Source: Candidatus Latescibacterota bacterium
GTDB taxonomy: Bacteria; Latescibacterota; UBA2968; UBA8231
DNA: 64,000 bases
Direction of reading: 5' to 3'
Assembly (NCBI GenBank): GCA_965221775.1
Contig: CBDCSU010000006.1
Coordinates: 1,792,001 to 1,856,000 of the forward strand
The notes under the pieces were generated by a model. The model ran no database searches. It had not been told where the DNA came from and worked only from the letters and a program-made list of their open reading frames with translations. Position 1 is the stretch's first letter, and each line of letters begins with the position of its first letter. Positions 30,581-39,349 of the stretch are shown here, in pieces. Both the position numbers and the translations under genes were made by a program.

Positions 30581-33500
30581 ATGATCCCCTATCCCCTGCG
30601 GCAGCTCGGCGAGTTGTGCCGCGCCCACCCCTTGGAGGCGAAGGTTCTCTTCGTGCCCTCCCCGCGCGCTGGGTTCAACCTGACCGGAGCCCTGGCGCGC
30701 TTCGGGCGGTCCTGGACGAACCTGCGCGTCACCACTCCCGGGCGGCATGCCCGGGAAGGCATCCGTCCCTATCAGCCGGGGGCCGGCGACCGCCGCCTCG
30801 ACCAGGAGGGGCGGCGGTGGCTCGTGGAGGCGGTGCTCGCGGGGCCGGCCGGCGAGGGCATCCGCCCCTCCACAAGGGCCGCGGGAGCCGGACTGTCGGA
30901 GGCCCTGCGGCGGACCTTCGACGAGCTTCGCGAGGCCGAAGTAGCCCCCGCGGAATTCGGCGAGCTCCCGCCGGGACCGCTTGCCGGGCTCGGTCCCGTG
31001 TACGTGGCCTACTGCCGCGAGCTCCTGGAGCAGGACTGGTGGGACGAGGCCAGAATCCTGGGCGCCGCCATCGACGCCCTGGAGGGCGGTGACGCCCACC
31101 CCCCGGCGGTGTGGATCGTCACCGACGAGACCGAGATGCCGCCCCTGGCTCACCGATACGTCCTCGCCGTTTCCGGCGGCCGCCTCCACCGCATCGGCCG
31201 CGACTCCTACGGATTGCCGGCCCCCGCGCACAGCGCCGCAGTCCGCTGGGCGAGGGCCGCCATCCCGGGCCTGCGGAAGACGGCGGCCGGCGCGAAGGGC
31301 CAGGGAGAGAGCCCCCACCCGACCACTCTGCGTCCCCCGGAGGCTCGATCCAGTACTCCGTCCCGTCGCACCGGACCCCTGGAGCAGGGCGACCTGTTCC
31401 TGGAACAGCTGCGGGCCGGAGAGAGGGCGGTGCCGCGCGGGCGGCTGGGACCACCGGCCGGACCGGCGTCGCCGGCCGTCGAAGTGGCACCGGGGGGGCG
31501 GCTTCTCACAAGCGGCCTGGAGGCTGCGGACCGCGACCGGGTCCGGCTTTGGCGCACGATCGGCATGGAGACGGAGATCCGTGCCGTCGTGAGGGATGTG
31601 CTGCACCGTGGCCTGCCTCTGGACGAGGTCGAGATCGCCTACACCCGCCCAGATCCCTACCGGTTCCTGCTGTTCGACGCCATCGAGCGATGGGGGTTGC
31701 CGGCCGATTTCGCGGGCGGTGTGCCGGTCGAGGGGACCGGTCCGGGGCGCGCCCTGGCGGCCTTCCTGGGGTGGATCCGCGGCGGCCTGGACGGGATCGA
31801 CCTGGCCCGCGGACTGAGGTGCGATGACATGGGCTGGGAGGATTCCGAGGCGCCTCCGCGGGCCGTCGCCCATCTGCTGCTGGCCGGGCGGGTGGGACGG
31901 GGTCCCGGGGCCGCCGCGGAAGCGCTGAATCGCGTCGAAGGCGGGGAGCCGGATCCCGAGGGCCTGGAGCCCTCGGCTGCCGCTGCGGCCGGGCGCCGGC
32001 TGGCACGGGTGCAGCGGGCGCGAGAGCACCTGGAGCGACTGCATTCTTGGGTTCCCGAAGGGCGATGTTCACTGGCCTCGATGGCAGACGCGGCCGCCGG
32101 CTTCCTGAAAGCCCGAACTCCGGCCGGCCGGGGAGCGGGAAGCGACAGGGACACCCGCGCCGGTGAGGTGCTGGAAGCCCGCCTGCTCGAGGTCTCCAGA
32201 GGACCGGAGCTCACCGGCACCCCGGCTGAACAGGCGAGCCGGCTGCTGGACGCGGTGGGGGGCATGAATGTGGATGCACAGCGAGCCAGTCCGGGCCGCC
32301 TGCATGTGGCGCCCCTCGATGGTGCCGGTTACACCTTTCGCCGGCACCTGTACGTCATAGGCCTCGACGAGGCCCACTTCCCCGGTGTCGGCGCCCCGGA
32401 CCCGATATTGCCGGAGGAGTCGCGGCGGGCCCTCGGGCTGCGCTCGGAGCGCTCGCGGCCGGGAGATGCGGTCTTCCAGCTGGTACGTCTGCTAGGCGCT
32501 GCCGCGGGCGAGGTGACGCTGGTGGCCAGCTCCCTGCATCTGGCCGATGGCCGTGAGCCCTACCCGACACCCCTTTTCGAGCTGGCCAGGGACCAGCTCG
32601 GCATCGAGCCGTTTTGGAGGCGGCCGTTGCCGTCGGAGCCGGAAGGCGCCGCCGACGACTTCGAGATCGTCCTGAGCCATCGGGGGTGGCCGGGGTACCG
32701 CGAGGCGGTCGCCGCCTCGTACTGCGATGCGGAGCGCGGCGCACGGGTCCAGGATGCGAGGGCGGCCAGCGTGCCCAGCCGCTTCGATGGCTGGACCGCC
32801 GCTCCGGGGGAGCAGGCCCTCGACCTCGAGGGGGAGCGGACTCTGTCGAGCCGCATGCTGGAGACCCTGGCGGCCTGTCCCCGCCGCTACCTGTGGCAGG
32901 ACGTGCTGGGCGTGCGCGCCCTGGAGGAGCCCGAGCGGGACTCGCGCCGATGGCTGCAGCCTCTCGAGATGGGCTCGCTGCTCCACGATCTCTTCCTGAC
33001 CTACATGCAGAGACTCGGCGAGCGCGGGGATCGTCCCTCGGCGGCTCACGAGTCCGAGTTGGAGGAGCTTGCGGCCGCGGCGATCGCCAGGTGGGGCGAG
33101 CGGATCCCGGCGCCGCTGGAGGCGGCCTTCCGCAACGACTGCCGAAGGATCGAGCGCGCCTGCCGCGTCTTCCTGTTCGCCGAGGCGCAGCGCATGGAAC
33201 AGGATCCGGCGATCACGCCCCGCCGCCTGGAGTGGGACTTCGGCGCCGCGGAGGGTGTGGAAGTCCTCCTGTCCCCCCAGGTCGCGTTCCGCCTGCGGGG
33301 GCGCATCGACAGGGTCGACCAGATCGAAGGCAGCGACGACTACGAGGTCTGGGACTACAAGACGGGCAGCACCTGGGGGTATGACTCGTCGGACTTGCTG
33401 GCCGGAGGCCGCAATCTGCAGTGGGCCCTGTACTCCCACGCCCTCCCGCGGCTGCTCGGGAGCGGGAAGGTCCGGCGCGCCGGTTACTTCTTCCCCTCGG

Positions 33501-33886
33501 ACCGGGGCTCCGGCCAGCGTTTCGCGCAAGAGCCCCCCGCCGCGGATCTGCTGGCCGGAGTCCTTCAACCTCTCTTCGGGCTGGCCAGGGAGGGGTTCTT
33601 CCCGGCCCTGCACAAGGGGGACGACAACGGCGGCGGCCCTTGCCGCTTCTGCGACTACCGCCGCATCTGCGCCGACGAGGCCCGAGGCGGGCACCACGTC
33701 GACGAAATGACCGAGGCGGCGGCGCACGCCGCGGCATTGGTCGAGGGCTGGGCGGAAGCCGCCGCGGCCGGCCGCGAGCAGTCCCGCCGGGCCCTCGAGG
33801 CGCAACTGGCCACCCTCGGTCTGGAGCCCGCCGATGCCGTTCCGTCCGAGGCCGTCGCCTTGGCCGCGGAGTGGATGAAGGGATGA
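30581..33886 (+). CDS. addB: AddB-like subunit: inactive helicase scaffold plus Fe-S PD-(D/E)XK nuclease
   Basis: IGLDEAHFPG, staple Cys ACPRRY...CRFCDYRRIC, RGRIDRVD, WDYKTG, LQWALY; translationally coupled to addA. Confidence 0.82.
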   Translation: MIPYPLRQLGELCRAHPLEAKVLFVPSPRAGFNLTGALARFGRSWTNLRVTTPGRHAREGIRPYQPGAGDRRLDQEGRRWLVEAVLAGPAGEGIRPSTRAAGAGLSEALRRTFDELREAEVAPAEFGELPPGPLAGLGPVYVAYCRELLEQDWWDEARILGAAIDALEGGDAHPPAVWIVTDETEMPPLAHRYVLAVSGGRLHRIGRDSYGLPAPAHSAAVRWARAAIPGLRKTAAGAKGQGESPHPTTLRPPEARSSTPSRRTGPLEQGDLFLEQLRAGERAVPRGRLGPPAGPASPAVEVAPGGRLLTSGLEAADRDRVRLWRTIGMETEIRAVVRDVLHRGLPLDEVEIAYTRPDPYRFLLFDAIERWGLPADFAGGVPVEGTGPGRALAAFLGWIRGGLDGIDLARGLRCDDMGWEDSEAPPRAVAHLLLAGRVGRGPGAAAEALNRVEGGEPDPEGLEPSAAAAAGRRLARVQRAREHLERLHSWVPEGRCSLASMADAAAGFLKARTPAGRGAGSDRDTRAGEVLEARLLEVSRGPELTGTPAEQASRLLDAVGGMNVDAQRASPGRLHVAPLDGAGYTFRRHLYVIGLDEAHFPGVGAPDPILPEESRRALGLRSERSRPGDAVFQLVRLLGAAAGEVTLVASSLHLADGREPYPTPLFELARDQLGIEPFWRRPLPSEPEGAADDFEIVLSHRGWPGYREAVAASYCDAERGARVQDARAASVPSRFDGWTAAPGEQALDLEGERTLSSRMLETLAACPRRYLWQDVLGVRALEEPERDSRRWLQPLEMGSLLHDLFLTYMQRLGERGDRPSAAHESELEELAAAAIARWGERIPAPLEAAFRNDCRRIERACRVFLFAEAQRMEQDPAITPRRLEWDFGAAEGVEVLLSPQVAFRLRGRIDRVDQIEGSDDYEVWDYKTGSTWGYDSSDLLAGGRNLQWALYSHALPRLLGSGKVRRAGYFFPSDRGSGQRFAQEPPAADLLAGVLQPLFGLAREGFFPALHKGDDNGGGPCRFCDYRRICADEARGGHHVDEMTEAAAHAAALVEGWAEAAAAGREQSRRALEAQLATLGLEPADAVPSEAVALAAEWMKG

Positions 33887-36800
33887 CGGCCGCCCTGCGC
33901 CAGGACCACGAGGCCCGACGCCGCATCCGCGAGGACCTCGATGTCAATCTGATGTGCGAGGCGAGCGCGGGCACAGGCAAGACCCGGGCCCTGGTAGAGC
34001 GGATGGTGGAGACCGTGGCCTCCGGGGCGGCGGAGATCGATCAGATGGCGGCCATCACCTTCACGCGGAAGGCGGCCGGGGAGATGCGGAGCCGGTTCCT
34101 CGGGGCCCTGCGGGACCAGGCCGAGGAGGAGGCGCGCCTAAACTCGGGACGAGCGCGGCGTCTGCGGCAAGCCGTGCAGCGGGTGGACCAGTGTGCCATC
34201 GGCACCATTCACGCCTTCTGCGCCCGCCTCCTGCGCGAGCGTCCTTTCGAGGCGGGGCTGCCGCCGGACTTCCGCGAGGTGGAAGAGCGCGACGAGGTGT
34301 GGCTGGCACGTGAGGCCTGGGACCGTTTCCTGCAGGAGAGGTCGGCGGTAGGCGACGAGCGGCTGCTGGCCATGGAGGAGACGGGGCTCACGGCCGAGCA
34401 GTTCTACGGCTTCTACCGGCAGCGCTGCCAGTTCAGCGATCTGGCGCTGAAACCGACCCAGGGGCCCCGTCCGGACCTGGCGCCGGCGGTGGCGAGGGCG
34501 TGCGAGCTGGTTCGCGAGATCGAGGCGGGGATTCCCGACCCGCTGCCGGAGGGCCGGCCGGACAACCTGATGGCGACGGCGCGACGCCTGCGCCACTTCG
34601 TCGACTTCGCCGGCCCGCCGAGCGATGCGGACCGCGAGCGGCTGCTGCGCTCCCTGGCCTCGTCCAGGCAGACTTCGGTGACTCTGAAGTGCTGGGGGCC
34701 GAAGGGCAGTCCGGAGCAGGCGCTGGCGCGGCGCTTCCGCGACGAGGAGTTGCCAGCCTTCCGCGATGGCGTCCTGAAGCCCTTGCTGAGAGAGTGGCGC
34801 CAGCACGTGTACCGCCTGACCGGCGATCTGGTGGACGAGGCCATGGGGTTCTACCGCCGGTCCCGCCTGGAGGGGGCGGCGCTGACCTTCAACGACCTGC
34901 TGGAGCTGACCGAGTCGCTGCTGCGAGACTCGCCCGGTGCCCGGGTGGTCCTGCAGAGGCGGTACCGGCGTCTCTTCGTCGACGAGTTCCAGGACACCGA
35001 TCCGCTGCAGGCGGCGATTCTCCTCTACCTGACCGCGGACGACCACGGAGAGGGCGACTGGCGGCGGCTGACCCCGGCGCCGGGCCGGCTGTTCCTGGTC
35101 GGGGACGAGAAGCAGGCCATCTACCGCTTCCGGCGCGCCGATCTCGAGGTCTACCGCCTGGTCCGCGACCAGGTCTCCAACTCCGGTGGCGATGTCGTGG
35201 AGTTGACCACCAGCTTCCGGTCGCGGCCCGGACTCGTGGGGTGGTTGAACGATGCCTTCGAGCCCCAGTTCGAGAGTCACGACGCCCGCTACCAGGCGGC
35301 GTATCGCCCCCTGGCGCCGGAGCTTCCCGAGAAGCGGGGGGCTGGCGTCTATCGGTTGAGAGGGCGGGCGGGGGAAGGCAGCCGCCAGGAGCAGGCGCGA
35401 GAGGAGGCGGATCGCATCGCCGTGTTCATCGCCGCCGCCCTGAGGGGCGGCACCGACCTGAACGGCGTGGACAAGGTTCTCGGGGAGACCGCCGGCCCCG
35501 GCGACTTCATGGTCCTGACCCGCACCCGCCGGTACCTGTCCGAGTACTCCCGAGCCCTGGAGGAGCAAGGAGTCCCTTACGACGTCACGGGTGCCGGATC
35601 CCTGCGCTCATCCGGAGAGCTGCGCGCCCTTGTGGATGCCCTGGAGGCCGTCCTGCGGCCGGATGACCCGGTGGCCCTGATCGCCTGCCTGCGCGGCCTC
35701 CTCTACGGGTTCGGCGACGACGATCTCTACCGCCTGCGGAAAGCGGGATGGCGATTCCGCATCACCGAGGAGGGGCCCGAGGGTTTGGAGGCCCCTCTGC
35801 ACGAGCGCCTCGACGGCGCCCTCCGGGGCCTGCGCCAACTGCGCCGTGACCTGGACCGGCGAACGGCTGCCGCCGCCCTCGAGCGCTTCGTCGAAGGCTC
35901 GGGCCTGGCCGCGGCGGCCGCCGGCCGTTCGGCGGGTTCTTCCCGGGTCGGCAATCTGCTGAGGGTGCTGTCGATGGTGCGCGAGTGGCAGGGCCGCCAC
36001 GGCCTCGACTGGGCGCGCGTCGCCTCCTGCCTGCGGGATCTGCTCGAAGAGGACGAGCTGAGGGTTGAGGAGATGACCCTCGAGACGGGGCGCCCCGACG
36101 TGGTCCGGGTGATGAACCTGCACCAGGCCAAGGGTCTCGAGGCGAAAGTAGTGTTCCTGGCCGATCCCGCCGATCAATCGGCGGCGCGGCAGGCGGTGGA
36201 CACCCACGTGTCCCGCTTGGGCGAGTCACCGTACCTGTCGATGGCGGTCACCATGGGCGGCCGCTTTCGGCCAGTGGTGCTGGCCGAGCCCGCCGGGTGG
36301 GAGCAGGACCAGGCCGAGGAGGAGCGGTTCGCCGCCGCCGAGGAGTTGCGCCTCGTCTATGTCGCCGCTACCAGGGCCAGCGACGTCCTTGTGGTCTCCT
36401 TGTCTGCGCACCGGAGGGGTGGGCCCTGGTCGGCGCTGGACCACAAGTTGAGCGGGGCGCCGGAACTGCCCCTTCCCGCCGCGGACACTCCCGCCCCGGC
36501 GCCGCGGGATTCGGCTCCCGCGGCCGCCTTTGCGGCGCTTTGCCGGGAGCGGGTGCGGTCACTCGAGGCGGCGGCCGTGCCCTCCTATTCCCAGAGGGTG
36601 GTAACCGAGGAGGAGGAACTGGCGGCGAGCGAGGCGGATCCGGAGACCCTTGGCCGGGGGCGGAACTACGGGACCGCGGTCCACCGGCTGCTGGAGAGTC
36701 TGGTGACCCACCGGCTCGAAGGGCTGGACGATGCCGGCCGCCGCGCCTTCGTCCGTGGTGTTCTGGTGGAGGAGGGCCTGGACCCCGAAGTCCTGGAGCA

Positions 36801-37152
36801 GCCGGCCATGACCGCGATCGACCGCTTCCGGAAGTCTGAGCTCTGGGGCGAACTGCGGGCGGCCGGCGACGAGGTGCATGCCGAGGTGCCTTTCGGAGAA
36901 GCCCGCGGCGAGGGGGTGCGCCGGGGGGTGATCGATCTGGTGTACCGCGTCGGGCAAGGCGCGTGGAAGGTGGTCGACTACAAGACTCACAGTGGCGAGG
37001 GGGATCGGGCGATGGAGAGCCTGGCGGCGCGCTACGCGGACCAGGTGGCCGCCTATGCCGATCACTGGGAGAGGGCGAGCGGAGAACGAGTCACGGAGCG
37101 AGGCCTGTGGCTGGCCTCCTCCGACGGTGCGGATCGATACATCAGCCTGTAA
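33883..37152 (+). CDS. addA: AddA-like UvrD helicase-nuclease
   Basis: EASAGTGKT, ITFTRKAA, TIHAFC, VDEFQDTD, VGDEKQAIYRFR, HQAKGLE, YVAATRA; C-terminal GVIDL...DYKT...QVAAY. Confidence 0.9.
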   Translation: MTAALRQDHEARRRIREDLDVNLMCEASAGTGKTRALVERMVETVASGAAEIDQMAAITFTRKAAGEMRSRFLGALRDQAEEEARLNSGRARRLRQAVQRVDQCAIGTIHAFCARLLRERPFEAGLPPDFREVEERDEVWLAREAWDRFLQERSAVGDERLLAMEETGLTAEQFYGFYRQRCQFSDLALKPTQGPRPDLAPAVARACELVREIEAGIPDPLPEGRPDNLMATARRLRHFVDFAGPPSDADRERLLRSLASSRQTSVTLKCWGPKGSPEQALARRFRDEELPAFRDGVLKPLLREWRQHVYRLTGDLVDEAMGFYRRSRLEGAALTFNDLLELTESLLRDSPGARVVLQRRYRRLFVDEFQDTDPLQAAILLYLTADDHGEGDWRRLTPAPGRLFLVGDEKQAIYRFRRADLEVYRLVRDQVSNSGGDVVELTTSFRSRPGLVGWLNDAFEPQFESHDARYQAAYRPLAPELPEKRGAGVYRLRGRAGEGSRQEQAREEADRIAVFIAAALRGGTDLNGVDKVLGETAGPGDFMVLTRTRRYLSEYSRALEEQGVPYDVTGAGSLRSSGELRALVDALEAVLRPDDPVALIACLRGLLYGFGDDDLYRLRKAGWRFRITEEGPEGLEAPLHERLDGALRGLRQLRRDLDRRTAAAALERFVEGSGLAAAAAGRSAGSSRVGNLLRVLSMVREWQGRHGLDWARVASCLRDLLEEDELRVEEMTLETGRPDVVRVMNLHQAKGLEAKVVFLADPADQSAARQAVDTHVSRLGESPYLSMAVTMGGRFRPVVLAEPAGWEQDQAEEERFAAAEELRLVYVAATRASDVLVVSLSAHRRGGPWSALDHKLSGAPELPLPAADTPAPAPRDSAPAAAFAALCRERVRSLEAAAVPSYSQRVVTEEEELAASEADPETLGRGRNYGTAVHRLLESLVTHRLEGLDDAGRRAFVRGVLVEEGLDPEVLEQPAMTAIDRFRKSELWGELRAAGDEVHAEVPFGEARGEGVRRGVIDLVYRVGQGAWKVVDYKTHSGEGDRAMESLAARYADQVAAYADHWERASGERVTERGLWLASSDGADRYISL

Positions 37153-37161
37153 CGGCCTTCG

Positions 37162-37190
37162 TTGCCGGGATCTGGGCCCCGCTCTAAGTT
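37162..37190 (+). promoter_or_regulatory. Putative purM promoter
   Basis: TTGCCG-N17-TAAGTT. Confidence 0.45.
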
Positions 37191-37226
37191 GACTCAACCC
37201 CCCTTGCTCGCCTTTCGAGGATCGCC

Positions 37227-38327
37227 ATGAGCCCACCGGCCACGACCTACTCCGATTCCGGCGTGGAGACCGGGGCGGCGGACATGGCCCTTGCCCGGCT
37301 CGTCGCCCATGTCAGCCGCCCCCGGCACCGCCGGGAGGATGGTTCCCGCGCCGGCGAGAGCCTCGTGGAGAGTGGTCTCTACGCCTCGGTTCTCGCCCTG
37401 CATGACCGCCGCGGACTGGCGCTCACCACGGATGGCGTGGGTACCAAGGTCCTGGTGGCCGAGATGGTGGGCCGGTACGACAGCATCGGCATCGACTGCG
37501 TGGCCATGAACGTCAACGATCTCGTGTGCGTGGGCGCCGAGCCCCTGGCCATGCTCGACTACTTGGCCGTGCAGAAGACCGATGCCGATGTCTTCGACCA
37601 GATCGGACAGGGTCTGGCCGCCGGCGCCGAGATGGCCAACATCTCAATCCCCGGGGGCGAGGTGTCGCAGATGAAGGAGATCATCCGCGGCCTCGAAGAA
37701 GGCGAGGGAGTCGATCTCGTCGGCGCCGCCGCCGGCCTGGTCGATCTCGATCGACTGGTGGTGGGGGAGGGCATCGAAGACGGAGATGCCGTCGTCGGCC
37801 TCGTGAGCAACGGGCTCCACTCCAACGGCTATTCCCTCGCTCGACGCGTCCTCTTCGGGACGCTCGGGCTGGATGTCGACGACCACGTACCCGAGTTCGG
37901 CCACACCGTCGCCGAGGAGTTGCTGCGGCCCACCGCGATCTATGTTCGACCGGCGATGGCCATGCTGCGGGCTGGTCTGCGGGTCCGGGCCTTCAGCCAC
38001 TTGACCTCCGGGGGCTTCCTGAACCTGCTGCGCATCCGCAGCCAGACCGGCTTCGTCCTCCACACCCTGCCCGATCCCCAGCCCGTCTTCGACCTCATCC
38101 GGCGCGCCGGCCCCGTGGCCGACGTGGAGATGCACCGAGTCTTCAACATGGGCATCGGCTTTGGGGTCGTGGTGCCCGAGTCCGAGGCCGATGCCGTTCG
38201 CCGGATCGCCTCGGAGCACGGGTTCGAGAGCCTCGTCCTCGGACATGGCAGTTCCCGGCACGCCGGACGGGTCCTCCTCGAGCCTCGGGGGCTGGTCGGC
38301 GAGGGCGACCATTTCCGCCCCCTCTGA
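37227..38327 (+). CDS. purM: Phosphoribosylformylglycinamidine cyclo-ligase (AIR synthase)
   Basis: TYSDSGV, DGVGTK, GIDCVAMNVND, SNGLHSNGYSL, LLRPT.IY, EMHRVFNMGIG. Confidence 0.88.
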   Translation: MSPPATTYSDSGVETGAADMALARLVAHVSRPRHRREDGSRAGESLVESGLYASVLALHDRRGLALTTDGVGTKVLVAEMVGRYDSIGIDCVAMNVNDLVCVGAEPLAMLDYLAVQKTDADVFDQIGQGLAAGAEMANISIPGGEVSQMKEIIRGLEEGEGVDLVGAAAGLVDLDRLVVGEGIEDGDAVVGLVSNGLHSNGYSLARRVLFGTLGLDVDDHVPEFGHTVAEELLRPTAIYVRPAMAMLRAGLRVRAFSHLTSGGFLNLLRIRSQTGFVLHTLPDPQPVFDLIRRAGPVADVEMHRVFNMGIGFGVVVPESEADAVRRIASEHGFESLVLGHGSSRHAGRVLLEPRGLVGEGDHFRPL

Positions 38328-38345
38328 GGCCGGCCTCCGACCGAA

Positions 38346-39224
38346 GTGTTCAAGACCGTACATCAGACCGTGTGGGCCTTCGACGCCGAGTGGGTGCCGG
38401 ATGCCGACACCGGAAGGCGGGTGTACGGGCTGTCCTCCGACTGGACCGAAGAGGAGGTCGTGGCCGAGATGTACCAGCGGGGCGGGGCAACGGACGAGGA
38501 ACCGCGGCCCTATCTCAAGACGGTCATGTGCCGCCTGGTCTCGCTGTCGGCGGTGGCCCGCACCGAGGAGGAGGGCGGAGCGGTGCGCCTGCAGCTGCGT
38601 TCCCTGCCCGCGACCACGGAGCCAGGTGCGCCCGAAGCGTCGGAGCCCGACATCCTCCGGCGCTTTCTGGACGGAGTCGGCCGAGCCAAGCCCCAGATGG
38701 TGGGCTACAACTCGGGTTCGGCGGACCTGCGCATTCTGGTTCAGCGAGGGGTGGTTCACGGCATCCGGGCCGCCGCCTTTGCCGAGCGTCCCGACAAGCC
38801 CTGGGAGGGTGTCGACTACTTCGCGGGTGGAGACTGGCACGTCGACCTGATCGAGATCCTCGGTGGTTGGGGCCGAGGTCGACCGTCTCTTCACGAGATG
38901 GCGTCGGCCTGCGGCATTCCCGGCAAGTTCTCGGGTGCGGGGGACAGCGTTCAGGATTTGTGGACGAGGGGAGAACTGGGGGCAATCATCGCCTACAACG
39001 AGTTCGACGCCTTGACGACGTACCTGCTGTGGCTCCGGGTGGCCCACTTCGGTGGATTCTACGACTCCGGGCAGTACCGGGAGGAGGAGAACCGCTTACG
39101 CGACCTGCTCGAGCGTGAATCGGCCCGGGAAGGCAGGGAACACCTGGCCGAGTATCTCAAGGAATGGAACCGCACCCGTCGTCCGGTGATTGCCGCGAGG
39201 ACCCAGCTGAATCTCGGCTTGTGA
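38346..39224 (+). CDS. Stand-alone PolB-type 3'-5' exonuclease (DEDDy)
   Basis: ExoI FDAEW, ExoII YNSGSADL, HVDL, GIPGK, ExoIII YNEFDA; C-terminal QLNLGL. Confidence 0.82.
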   Translation: MFKTVHQTVWAFDAEWVPDADTGRRVYGLSSDWTEEEVVAEMYQRGGATDEEPRPYLKTVMCRLVSLSAVARTEEEGGAVRLQLRSLPATTEPGAPEASEPDILRRFLDGVGRAKPQMVGYNSGSADLRILVQRGVVHGIRAAAFAERPDKPWEGVDYFAGGDWHVDLIEILGGWGRGRPSLHEMASACGIPGKFSGAGDSVQDLWTRGELGAIIAYNEFDALTTYLLWLRVAHFGGFYDSGQYREEENRLRDLLERESAREGREHLAEYLKEWNRTRRPVIAARTQLNLGL

Positions 39225-39349
39225 AGCGGAGGGCGGGACCAGGCACTCCGAGTGGCCGAGGGGGTGGTGCCAAGGCGGCCAACCTCGCTATAATATCGAT
39301 GTACGCGCTTCCACGATAAAATCTTCAGGATTTCAGCCCGAGGGGTCTG

